Shown: positions 1-9,756 of the stretch, one piece after another
How positions within the stretch are numbered: the stretch's first letter is position 1
How the letters are laid out: each line of letters starts with the position of its first letter
From: Selaginella moellendorffii
Lineage: Eukaryota; Plantae; Lycopodiophyta
Reading direction: 5' to 3'
Length of the DNA stretch: 64,000 nucleotides
NCBI RefSeq assembly: GCF_000143415.4
Contig: NW_003314347.1
Span: 333,438-397,437, forward strand
Position numbers and translations under genes: made by a program
The notes under the pieces: generated by a model
Seen by the model: the letters and a program-made list of their open reading frames with translations, nothing else
Told to the model about the DNA's origin: nothing
Database searches by the model: none

Positions 1-44
1 AAGAGAAAATTCTCACCTTCTCCCGTTGGCAGTGACTTAAATCA

Positions 45-430
45 GATGTCGGCAGCATTGTCCAAGCTAGAAGCAGTCAGGTTGGTGGCCTTCTCATCAG
101 TGATAATCTTCACCCCTTGCTTGGGTTTGAACTCTGGGAGCTTGATCTTGTGCTTCGGGTTGAGCACACCCACACGGGCCTACAGATGCTACGGTATTTC
201 AGCCCTGATGCTACGAAAGATAGAAGCTTGTGGTTGAGTCCCCTGGGAAAGCTGCTTGACTCTGTTCACAAAGTAGTCCTCAAACCAGAAAAGCATGACA
301 CAAAACAGTAAGGTGGTGTTTATAAACAAAAATAAAACTCCTTTTCCTCACCCAGACGATGCAATCCTCGAACGTTTGGCATTTCTCCATAACAAGGAGC
401 TCAAGCATCTCTCGAGGTTGCATGTCGCTG
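45..430 (-). pseudogene. Fragment of ubiquitin-activating enzyme E1 (UBA1-like), degenerate
   Basis: Minus-strand translation gives E1-like segments REMLE..EKCQTFEDCIVW.RKR, FEDYFVNRVKQ and KIITDEKATNLTASSLDNAA, interrupted by frameshifts. No start or end of an E1 gene is present. Confidence 0.8.
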
Positions 431-502
431 TAAACTTTCCACACCCATGACAGCCAGATTTTCTCTTCTTTGCTCATGGATTTCTTGGTTTTGCTATAGG
501 GC

Positions 503-1084
503 ATGGAAAATCCTCACCTTGTGACTCTCTTGGCTCTAGCCTCGGAGCATCTGGCCGCTCTAATGGGATGGCAAAGTGGTGGTGGCAACAACAAGTTTGG
601 AGGAATCGAGTACAAAGTTGGGGAGTCTCTCGCTCGAGCCCAGGTTGGTGTTCGCCAGAGGTCCAATATCACTGTGGACGACTACCTTTGCTACGAGTGG
701 CCAGCCAAGGTGCCAAAGTCGAATGCTTGGGAACAGCAGCAACAGTGCCAGGGCTTCTCACGCGGTGGTCCTCCTGTCTATTTGCAAGACTCGAAGAACA
801 TCAAGGATGGCAGCCGGTTTCAGTATCAGCACAAGAAGTTTCCAGGTCTAGGATCTTATCTCCCAATGCTACAAGACGAGGGCTACAAGACGATGGCACC
901 ACAGACTCCCACGATCCAGGTCGAGGTCGGCGGCTCCCCAGGCTCAGTCGTGGACTACAACCGAGTCATGGACACACTGTCCTCGGCAGCATCCGTGGAG
1001 AAGCTCTCCAGTCCCATGGCGATCAAGCAGGAAGCTCCAAGTGCTGCCAAGACGTCGTCCCCACAGGGAAAGACATCCCCCTAA
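503..1084 (+). CDS. Unassigned 193-aa ORF, possibly a captured or chimeric fragment
   Basis: ATG-to-TAA ORF with coding-like composition. No motif recognised. It sits in the fragment mosaic and ends exactly at a long hairpin. Confidence 0.3.
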   Translation: MENPHLVTLLALASEHLAALMGWQSGGGNNKFGGIEYKVGESLARAQVGVRQRSNITVDDYLCYEWPAKVPKSNAWEQQQQCQGFSRGGPPVYLQDSKNIKDGSRFQYQHKKFPGLGSYLPMLQDEGYKTMAPQTPTIQVEVGGSPGSVVDYNRVMDTLSSAASVEKLSSPMAIKQEAPSAAKTSSPQGKTSP

Positions 1085-1153
1085 ATTCACTATTATTGAT
1101 AGTTATAAAACTTTGTTTAAGAGTTTTATAGCTATCAATAATAGTGAATTTAG
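1081..1153. repeat. 32-bp-arm inverted repeat (hairpin)
   Basis: ctaaattcactattattgatagttataaaact (1081-1112) is the reverse complement of 1122-1153 with one mismatch. The loop is 9 nt. Confidence 0.95.
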
Positions 1154-2450
1154 ATTTAAAGTAACATATATAAAAATTAAAAATTAAATAAAGTTATTAT
1201 ATAATCTTTTTATATACAAATTTAAATACTTAAAGAAAGTATTTTCTTACATCAATATTAGTTAATGTTTCATTTGAGGGAGCTCATGCTAGGAATTTAC
1301 ATAATGTATAAAATGTTAGTGAATAAAAATCATTCATCACTGCTGTGAAATTTACTTTTACAGTTATTAAGTTATGCTCATTAACGGGGATTGGGAATCA
1401 TACATCAAGCAATCCCATTTAATTATTTTTGCTAAAACACTTAAACTAATGATAAATAGTTCATATACCCATTAAATTAGTTAGTTTAATTTATTCACAT
1501 TCACACTTAATTCATATTAATTCTCAAACCACATAGATTTTATAAATATCTAATCTTTAAATGAAAAAAATTAACATTTAAAATAATAATAAAATATTTA
1601 CTTCGATTAAAGGTTAGAACAACCATGTTAATCTCAAAACCATCTTTTAATATCATTTCTTTGGCACAAGTAACTATTTTAAATATATTTTTAATGTTTA
1701 ATACCAAAATTAAGTAATATTACATTTTTATAAATTTCCTATAGAATAAAAAACAATTGTTTGGAAAAAATATATATATATATCCATATCTATTCTAACC
1801 ACAAGAAAGTTTAATTTCATTTTGAAAATTTTGAAACCATAGTGATAAATCTCTTTATTTTCCTTTAAAATTCTCAATCAGCATAAAAAAAAATGTATTA
1901 TCTATTGTGTAATGTGATAAAGTTATAGTGAGAAACACTATATAAAAAAAGTAACCATAAATAGTTTTTAAAAAATTAAAATTTAAAAAATGTCTTTTAA
2001 TTATTACTTCAGAATCCAAAATCCAACATATGGAGTAAAATCCTTAGAACTAATTAATTTAATGGTAAACTATTCACACCACCTTTGTAGACTTTAATTT
2101 AATAATTTAATTTAATAATAAATTATTTATATAAAAATTTACTATTAAATTAGGCTAACATTTTCCCCTAAAATCCTAATGCTAGCATTAAAATTAAAAT
2201 ATTTAAAAATAGTTTGTAAGGCATAATTTATGAATTGCTGCAAAAATAAATTAATTTGTCCATGGTATCCCTTTAAAAAAAAGAAGGTTGCTAACTAAAA
2301 AATTAAGGATAAAAGAAAAAAAGAAAAAACACATTAAATTCAAAGGGTGAAAATTTTAAATCTCTGGAAATGACAAGTAAAACAAATTATTTTTTAATTT
2401 TGACTGTTTAATTAGATTCACAAAAGAACTATTATCTCTACACTTTTAAA
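1085..2450. other. Extremely AT-rich non-coding island, probably a decayed transposon
   Basis: Abrupt switch to A/T-dominated sequence with no ORFs in the track. Similar islands occur at about 20050-20940 and 47820-49490. Confidence 0.5.
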
Positions 2451-3282
2451 AGCTATGGAGGAAGTGGATTCTTGTTTTTATTTTTTAAACCTCTCTGGTT
2501 TTTTTTTCCGAGATTTGGAGAGAGCCTCCATTTGCAGCAGCCAGACTAGCACCTGCACCGTCACCACTTCACACCACTTTTGCCTCCAACCTCCTTCGCA
2601 GCAACGAGCACTGGTACCCTTCCTCCTCCAAGACCGCTGGGTCCTCTCAGGTGATCAACTCTTCACCTTCCATGGTCGACTCCGACTTGCATTCAAGAGC
2701 TCCTGGGACTCGCATTCATGGGGCTGCTATGCAACAGTGCCGAGCTCCTGGGGGAGGATTGTGCAAGGTATTGTTATGTCGCTTGCCTCAATCAAGTTTC
2801 TTAACATCTTTTACATTCCAGGGTGATCAACTCTGGCACAGGATCCTCGATTTAATCTGACACTGACAACAACAACGACAATGGTGGTGCATCAACCTCA
2901 TTGCCAGCAATTTCCATCTCCATTAGGAAGGCACCAAGTCGTGATCAAATTCCAAACAGTTGCTCATCGCTGCTCCAAGGCTGGCAAAGTGGCATTCCTT
3001 GCCCTGTGAACCCAACAATGGTCGCTCAAGTTCTTCACAGGTGTCGGACTCCTTTGGTTGCATGGGCTTTTAGAAGTTACCTGGAACCAACACCCTGGAG
3101 TATTTTCTTTCCAGCTATCAAGGAGCTCTGCAACGTTCTCATTCAGAGACTGTTCTCGGCTTAGATCCACTTCCTTGCCTTGAGATGGACGTGCAGCATT
3201 CTGAGGTGCTTTCCAGCGGGATCATGCTCATTCTCCAAGCTTGGTTGCGTAAAGCCTGCGAGGCACAGATACGGTACACTAG

Positions 3283-3590
3283 AGGTGATAATCTTCACCC
3301 CCTGCTTGGGTTTGAAATCTGGGAGCTTGATCTTGTCGACAAAGTTGCTTCGGGTTGAGCACACCCACACGGGCCTGCGGATGCTACGACATTTCAGCCC
3401 CGATGCTATGAAAGATAGAAGCTTGTGGTTTGAGTCCCCTGGGAACGCTGCTCGACTCTGTTCACAAAGTAGTCCTCGAACCTGGAAAGAATGACACAAA
3501 ACAGTAAGGTGGTGTTTATAAACGAAAATAAAACATCTTTTCCTCGCCCAGATGATGCAATCCTCAAACGTTTGGCATTTCTCCATAAAA
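3283..3590 (-). pseudogene. Second copy of the E1 (UBA1-like) fragment
   Basis: Near-identical direct repeat of about 100-390, including the intron-like segment. It translates as MEKCQTFEDCIIWARKR..RFEDYFVNRVEQ..DKIKLPDFKPKQGVKIIT. Confidence 0.85.
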
Positions 3591-3671
3591 GAACTAGCCT
3601 TATCGGTTGAGGCTTGCGAATTCTCCTCCCACGAATTTGCCAAGTTCTAATGGGGGAGCCAACAAGAGGGA

Positions 3672-3745
3672 ACTTATTTGCCAATGGAAGTGTGCAAGCT
3701 GGTTTGCAGGGAAAGCCTAGAGAGGCAGACAACAGACAGGCTCAA
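3672..3745 (+). pseudogene. Short Argonaute PAZ/L2 fragment
   Basis: acttatttgccaatggaagtgtgcaagctgg...cagggaaag...agaggcagacaaca matches AGO 30946-31030 (TYLPMEVCKL...QGK...ERQTT) with an internal deletion. Confidence 0.8.
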
Positions 3746-3829
3746 AGTGCACCACTTTCGGAGCCACGCACACAAGAACCAAGAGTTGAATCAATCGGTA
3801 ATCAGACAGATTTTTATTTGTTACATAGA

Positions 3830-3995
3830 AGTCTGCTGGGAGCTCCTTCTTTCGATCATCCTCTCTTTCACCTTGTGAGTGGTAAACGGGTCCACAGGAT
3901 CGTCCTGGGTAACATTGGGAGTCCCATAAGCCATGATCATTCCCTTCTGCATTGCCTCCTCGATCGCGGCTGGAGTCCACTTCTCCCCTTCTTAT
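3830..3995 (-). pseudogene. Unidentified coding fragment, paralogous to 7051-7298
   Basis: EKWTPAAIEEAMQKGMIMAYGTPNVTQDDPVDPFTTHKVKERM aligns with EKWTPAAIWEALAKDLIEGCGVGNVTKDTLRDPITLDKVRDRM. The two share the nucleotide core gatcgcggctggagtccacttctcc. Confidence 0.6.
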
Positions 3996-4147
3996 ACAGG
4001 AATTCAAGGGCTCAGATGGGTCAAAGAACCGACGGTGGCGATTATTTCGTTCTGACTTGAAATTTAGGCTAGATTTTAGGGCTGGATGTTGACCGTTGGG
4101 CGTGTTAGGTTAAAATTCATATTTCTTGCACGCCACAGCTTCTCTCC

Positions 4148-6572
4148 ATGCCGGGCGTGTCTCGATTCTCCGAGAATGGGCTCGCGCTGCCGGCCAGGCC
4201 GTCGTCATCGCAGAAGAAGAAGAGACGGGCAAGGCATCAGCAGCAGCAGCAGCAGGCGAGCTATGTCCGCAAGAGTGTCACAATGTCACGGAAGAAGAAG
4301 CGGCAGGGCAGTGTGGAGGACGCGATGCGAGCTTATCGAGCACAGCTTCGTCCCCTCCTTGATGCTATCAGGTTTGTGGAGTCGAGCAATAGGGTGGATT
4401 GTCCCGATGGAGACGGTGGTGCCAGCATTGGGCCTCTCCAGATCTCCGAGCACTACCATGTCGATGCCTGGAAGAACAAGCGAGCATCCTGGCTACGCTG
4501 CCGGTATGTTTCTTCTTCTCTTTCTTCGTTCTCTATGCTTCTTCGTTGGTTTCTTACACTAGTTAGTCCAGAGATTTAGAGCACGCGGAGAACACAGTGG
4601 TGGCATATTGGATGAGGTACTGCTCGGAAGCTCTAACACAACATGACTGGGAAATTCTAGCTAAGATTCACAATGGTACGAAGTGGTGTGATGGATGGAA
4701 TCTAGCAGCTTTGCTGATGGTTCGTTTTTCCTCTTTGAGACTGTAGGTGGTCCTCAAGGTCCTCAGAGAGAGAAGACAACGTATTACTGGAGCAAGGTGT
4801 GCAGGTACCTGGAAGAGAATCACAGGCACGTCTCTCCCTTTCCGTCGCCTGCGAGACCCGAATGTAAGATCTATCCATCAACTTCCAAGTTTACGAATCT
4901 GGACAAACGAATAGAATGCAAGCTGAAGCACGGTGAGGCTCCCCTTCATCTCTCTTTGCCAAGGATTTTCTAAATGTTTCTCCATCTACAGGTTTGAAAG
5001 TCCTAGCTGCAGAAAGACGATTGCCGATTGTTAACAAGCACCCCAGGCTTCAAGTACGAAGGCTCCCTTTCACGGACATTTCTTCCACAGCATTAAACGT
5101 TTGCTCTTCCCGCCACGAGCCGGGGAGGCTCATAGACGATCTGAGCATTCAACGTTTGGGACTGGAATATAGCTTCTTGAGTTCCGAGTCTGCAGTCGAA
5201 CTAGACTCGGAGAACCAACCTTTGAAGCAAAGTTCCAGCGACGATGAGAAAGGTTTCGCTACGCCATCCGTCAAGAAGAAGGAAGGAGGAGTCGACAGGC
5301 TGCAAGATCTTCACGAAGAAGCTGTAGAATGTCGTAGTTCCAGCGCTCGCAACCTCGACATTCTCTATTCTTCTGAGTTATCAGAACAAAAGGAGGAGGA
5401 GATTCTTACGGAGTTGGCTCGGCTACTGCCACTGGACCTGTCGGAGTGTGTCGACAGAAGAAACGATGAAAGCTTTGAGTTCCCTCCAGTTCCAGAGCAG
5501 GCTGACTACGCGACGCCGGTTATGAATCCAGACAGCCGAGCTATGCAAGTCGCTGCTGAGAACGTTCCTGGGACTGGTGCTGAGACTGCGATTTCCACTC
5601 CAAAGCGCAAAACCTCTGCCTCGCTTGATTTTGATGCAACTTTTACGCTGCTTGAGCAGCTGGAAAGACCGGAGTCCTCTCTTTCCTCGGGTGCGGAGAA
5701 GAAATTGATGTCCGAGCTGGCGGACTTGCTTGACTTGCCACAGGCGGCCACTCCACCGCGGCAGACGGAGCAAGAAGAAGACGAACTCGCCAAGCACACT
5801 GCGAAGCTAAGTCTTGCGGACTTTCTACTTGAGATACCAGACCCGTCGGCTTCGATAGAGTACGTCAAGGCCTTGTTCTCCTGCGAGAACATCCTGCTGG
5901 AGAAGCTTTGTCACAAAGTTGGAGGTCTGGAAGAGTCACTAGATTCCTCGGAACCAATGCCAGTGCCACCTCCAGCTGCAAGCATAAGAACGGAGGAGTC
6001 CCGGACAGGCAACTCTAGTTTTGGCGCCGGATGCACTTGCCACTCTAGCGACAATCGCTTGACATCGTCCTTGAAGAGGCTCTGTGCAGTGTGGGAGGAG
6101 CAAGACGTCGATCTACTGACCCGTTCCTTGAGGTTTAAGATGCTCACTGCGAGCAGCTCTTCATCTGAGGTATGTGAATCCCGTATACACCAGGCACTAC
6201 AGAAATGATGCTTCTTTTCTTCCAGCTTTCTACAAAAGAGGCACCGTGCATCGCCTGGGAGATCCACGCGTTGCAGAACATCGACAAGAGTGCTAAGTCT
6301 CGAAGGGCTGCAAAGGAGCTTATACAGCAGCAAAGAGATAAGATTTACATCAACATAGGCGCCTATGCGAGCAGGAGTGAGAGGCATCAGCTCTATTCGG
6401 CATGGGGGGTTCGCAGGCTATCAACAGGCCGGCTCAAAAAGATCGTCTACGACCTTATGTGGAGGGATACAAAGAGGTAAAAAGCTCATCAACTTAAGAG
6501 TGAGCACTAACACTAACCGAGAACATTGGCAGGTATTCTCATAGCGCTGAGCTCGTGAGCCTCTACCTCTGA
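4148..6572 (+). CDS. Lysozyme-like (i-type/destabilase- or SLT-like) domain + long acidic linker + DUF3490 (NACK kinesin C-terminal)-like domain, ~704 aa
   Basis: Exons 4148-4503, 4572-4675, 4747-4932, 4992-6169, 6226-6476 and 6533-6572. All introns are GT-AG and 56-71 bp, and the exons total 2115 nt in frame. Lysozyme-like motifs: LDAIRFVES..GDGGASIGPLQI..AYWMRYC..LAKIHNGGPQG..TTYYWSKV. C-terminus: W.EQDVDLLTR..ERHQLYSAWGV..LMWRDT..SAELV. Confidence 0.75.
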
Positions 6573-7050
6573 GGATCTCGAGAGAAGGTATATCAGCCTA
6601 CTGGGCCGCAGGTAGAAAGAATTTCGCCATTAGTTGTTGCATTTGCAGAAAGTGGAACTTCAATATTGGTTTACCATTGAGCAAACGTTTAGTGGTCTGG
6701 AAGAAATGTCTGTGAGAGGCACCTGAGGCCTGGAGTGCTTGTTAACAATCGGCATTTGTCTAGGACTGTAGATGGAGGAACTTTTAGAAAATCCTCACCA
6801 TGGTTCTCACAGCCAGTCTTGGTGCTCCAACCATGGCACAAAAGGAGCACGACGAACAGCAAGCTTGGGCCCTGGAAACTTGGAGCTACACAAACTTCAA
6901 AGCGAATGAACGAAGAATTTCTCCTTGGTTGGTGATTACCAACCTGGAAATCTAAAGGAGAAATCTTGTTGGCTCCGGATGGTAAAACACAACAAGAGAT
7001 CTTCTAGGAGACAACAAGAGATTTTCTAGCACACAAGGGTTGGAGATTTT

Positions 7051-7298
7051 CTACTGATAATAACCGTCCAAGTAGACTTCTGGGAGCACTCCTCTCTCGC
7101 TCATTCTATCCCTCACCTTGTCGAGAGTAATCGGGTCCCGAAGAGTGTCCTTGGTAACGTTGCCAACCCCACAACCCTCAATCAAATCCTTTGCCAGTGC
7201 CTCCCAGATCGCGGCTGGAGTCCACTTCTCCACTTCAGCCTCAAAGTAGCCATCTTCGATCACGTACATCACTTGATGGTATAGAGTTGTGATCTGGT
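7051..7298 (-). pseudogene. Unidentified coding fragment (3' end of a gene), paralogous to 3830-3995
   Basis: Open frame YQITTLYHQVMYVIEDGYFEAEVEKWTPAAIW...GYYQ*. No upstream gene is recognisable. Confidence 0.5.
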
Positions 7299-7550
7299 AC
7301 TAGCAGCTTTGCTGATGGTTCGTTTTTCTTCTTCGCGACTATAGCTGGCTCCGCTTGTATTCCATCGTTTGTCCAGATTTGCGATAGATCATACATTTCG
7401 GTCTCACAGGCAATGAAAATGAGAGATAGATTTTCTTCCAGGTATGGTGGTCTGAAGAGGGATGGTAATCACCAACGGAGTAGAAATATCTTTTCATTCG
7501 CGGCCTTAAAGTTTGGTAGGCAACGAACTCGAAGAATTCCAGGATCAGAA

Positions 7551-8966
7551 ATGAGAAACTACAGCCCCAGCTTGCTGTTCGTCGTGTTCCTCTTCTCCGC
7601 GGCGGTGCTCTTATGGATTTTCGACAATTTTTCCGGCTCCGCAGAGTTGTCCCGGAGCCGAACTCTGGGATCAATTTTTCGCATCACCAACAACTACAAC
7701 GTCAGCGACACTTGCAGAAGCAGGATCGAGTACGCTTCCTACAGCCGCCAACGATCGACAAGCTTCAAGCCATCCGAGTCACTCCACCGCAAAATCCTCG
7801 AGTACGAGGCCTTACACGCGAGGTGCTATCCGGGCCCTGAGCAGTGCTCGAACTGTACATGCAACTATCTCCTCTACGTCACCGCCGGCCAGGGGATGGG
7901 CAACAAGATGATAGCTCTGGTGGCAACTTTTCTCTACGGGCTGCTCACGGACAGGACAATGGTGATCGCCGGATTGGAGAACTTGGCCACGCTCTTCTGC
8001 GAGCCGTTTCCATTCAGCTCCTGGCTGGTGCCGCCGAGCTGGAAGCACCTCGAGGGGGCGCCGTTTGACGGCTCGAAGTGGATCGGAAGCTTGGTGGGAT
8101 CTCTCAACTGCAGCCACGGTGTAAATTTCCCCGAGGTGGTGGTGGCCTATCTCGTGAGCAACTACAGGGACGAGGACAAGGCCTTCTTCTGCAAAGAACA
8201 CCAGCAAGCGCTCCAGTCCAGCTCGAAGTGGATCGTTCTCTCGTCCGACCAGTACTTTGCTCCGGCGCTCTACAACGTCCCGGTTTTCAGGAGCAAGCTC
8301 GAGGAATGGTTTCCACAGGAGGAGGCCATCTTTCATCTCCTGGTGAGGTACCTCTTGCATCCCAGGGACGTGGTGTGGGACAGGACGGCCAGATACTATG
8401 ATGCGTACCTGGCCCAAGCCGAGCTTCTAGTCGGGGTCCAGCTGCGAACTAGCAGCTGGTTCGCGCCATCCGACCTCGCCAACGATGCCTTCGACTGCCT
8501 GGTGCAACAAGGCGCGCTCGCGAACATCACCCAAGCGCGAGCTCCCAGATCGTCGCCGAGGAAGAGCAAGAAGGTGGCGGTGCTTGTGCTGTCGCTGGAT
8601 GCGCAGTACTCGCAGACGCTCAAGAACAAGGTGCTGGGCTACGATCTGGAAGATGGTTCGTCGGTTTCGATCCACCAGCCAAGCGTGGAAGGGGTGCAAA
8701 ACACCGGGAACCTGGATCACGATGCAAAGGCAGTGATGGAGATCTATCTGTTGTCAATGAGCGACGTGTTGGTGACGAGCCCGCCATCAACTTTTGGATA
8801 CTCGGCGGTGGGGCTGGCGGGCGTGCGGCCCGTCCAGTTTGCGTGCTCGGGGGCCGGCTGCTCGGTGAGGGAGTCGATGGAGCCGTGCTACCACACGTAC
8901 CCGGATCAGCAATTCATGCTGGACAACATCCAGCGATGCGAGTGCGAATTGGGATACAGGCTATAG
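7551..8966 (+). CDS. Xyloglucan fucosyltransferase-like protein (GT37, FUT1 family)
   Basis: Intronless ORF. An N-terminal TM segment (LLFVVFLFSAAVLLWIF) follows ATG 7551. GT37 motifs: GMGNKMIALVATFLYGLLTDR, LFCEPFP.SSW, FHLLVRYLLHP, GVQLR, EIYLLS.SDVLVTS..STFGY, SMEPCYH. An upstream in-frame ATG exists at 7413. Confidence 0.92.
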   Translation: MRNYSPSLLFVVFLFSAAVLLWIFDNFSGSAELSRSRTLGSIFRITNNYNVSDTCRSRIEYASYSRQRSTSFKPSESLHRKILEYEALHARCYPGPEQCSNCTCNYLLYVTAGQGMGNKMIALVATFLYGLLTDRTMVIAGLENLATLFCEPFPFSSWLVPPSWKHLEGAPFDGSKWIGSLVGSLNCSHGVNFPEVVVAYLVSNYRDEDKAFFCKEHQQALQSSSKWIVLSSDQYFAPALYNVPVFRSKLEEWFPQEEAIFHLLVRYLLHPRDVVWDRTARYYDAYLAQAELLVGVQLRTSSWFAPSDLANDAFDCLVQQGALANITQARAPRSSPRKSKKVAVLVLSLDAQYSQTLKNKVLGYDLEDGSSVSIHQPSVEGVQNTGNLDHDAKAVMEIYLLSMSDVLVTSPPSTFGYSAVGLAGVRPVQFACSGAGCSVRESMEPCYHTYPDQQFMLDNIQRCECELGYRL

Positions 8967-9340
8967 ATGTAACTTTCCATTCTTCCTCATTTGTTTGCTT
9001 GCAAATGCCCTGGTGGCGAAGACGTTTTCACCTTCATAATTTTTATTATTTTCTCTCATAAAAGTTGTGACGCCGATGGAAGGTTCTACAACAAGTTGGC
9101 TAATTCATTCTCTTGTGAGCTTCTCATTGGAGCAGACTAGTCAAAGACAGACTGCTTCATCTGCCGATGCCTTGATCATCGGCCTATAAGAAAAGATGCA
9201 AACTTTGCTCCAAGAAATACAATGTGAACTGTGAGGATCATTCTACCGTGGTCAACGGTGCTCTCCACTAAGACATTATAAAAACGCGGTATAGGGAACT
9301 ACCATCGGATGAGTATGGTTTGATCCAGGCGTTTGATTGG

Positions 9341-9485
9341 AACGGGGAGAAGCGATTCGTCCATGCGCTGTTCGTGGTCAACCATGGTCTTGAGGTTGGT
9401 CAAGTACTCCCAATCAAACGGGGAGAAGCGATTTGTCCATGCGCTGGTTGGTCAACGATGGTCTTGAGGCTGGTCAAGTACTCCC
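9341..9485. repeat. Two tandem copies of a ~75-bp unit
   Basis: aacggggagaagcgatt..ccatgcgctg..ggtcaac.atggtcttgagg.tggtcaagtactccc occurs at 9341-9411 and 9417-9485. Confidence 0.85.
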
Positions 9486-9599
9486 CTCTGATTGGCGCTA
9501 TGTTAAGGAATCAAATAAGGGCCGAAAGGTTTGCATCAATGAAATATAATAAAAGATCTCCGTTTCAACTATCAAAAAAGATGGCACCATTTTCATGCA

Positions 9600-9671
9600 T
9601 GCCTCCACAGAGTATCGAACTCTGGGCCTTCAGTTTACAAGACTGACGCTCTACCACTGAGCTATAGAGGC
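9600..9671 (-). tRNA. tRNA-Thr(UGU)
   Basis: Reverse complement GCCTCTATAGCTCAGTGGTAGAGCGTCAGTCTTGTAAACTGAAGGCCCAGAGTTCGATACTCTGTGGAGGCA folds as a cloverleaf with anticodon loop CT-TGT-AA. A and B boxes are intact. Confidence 0.95.
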
Positions 9672-9756
9672 GAAGACTTGAGAGGCAAGCTAGAGCCTAC
9701 ATTCTCTCGATGCGAGAGTATCTCTTTCGCAAGGGCTCTTTCTAGGGTTTCTGGCT

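Noticed and set aside
4994-6208. 404-aa ORF as a stand-alone gene
   Set aside because: It starts at TTG right after a splice acceptor and is in phase with the upstream lysozyme-like exons, so it is treated as exon 4.
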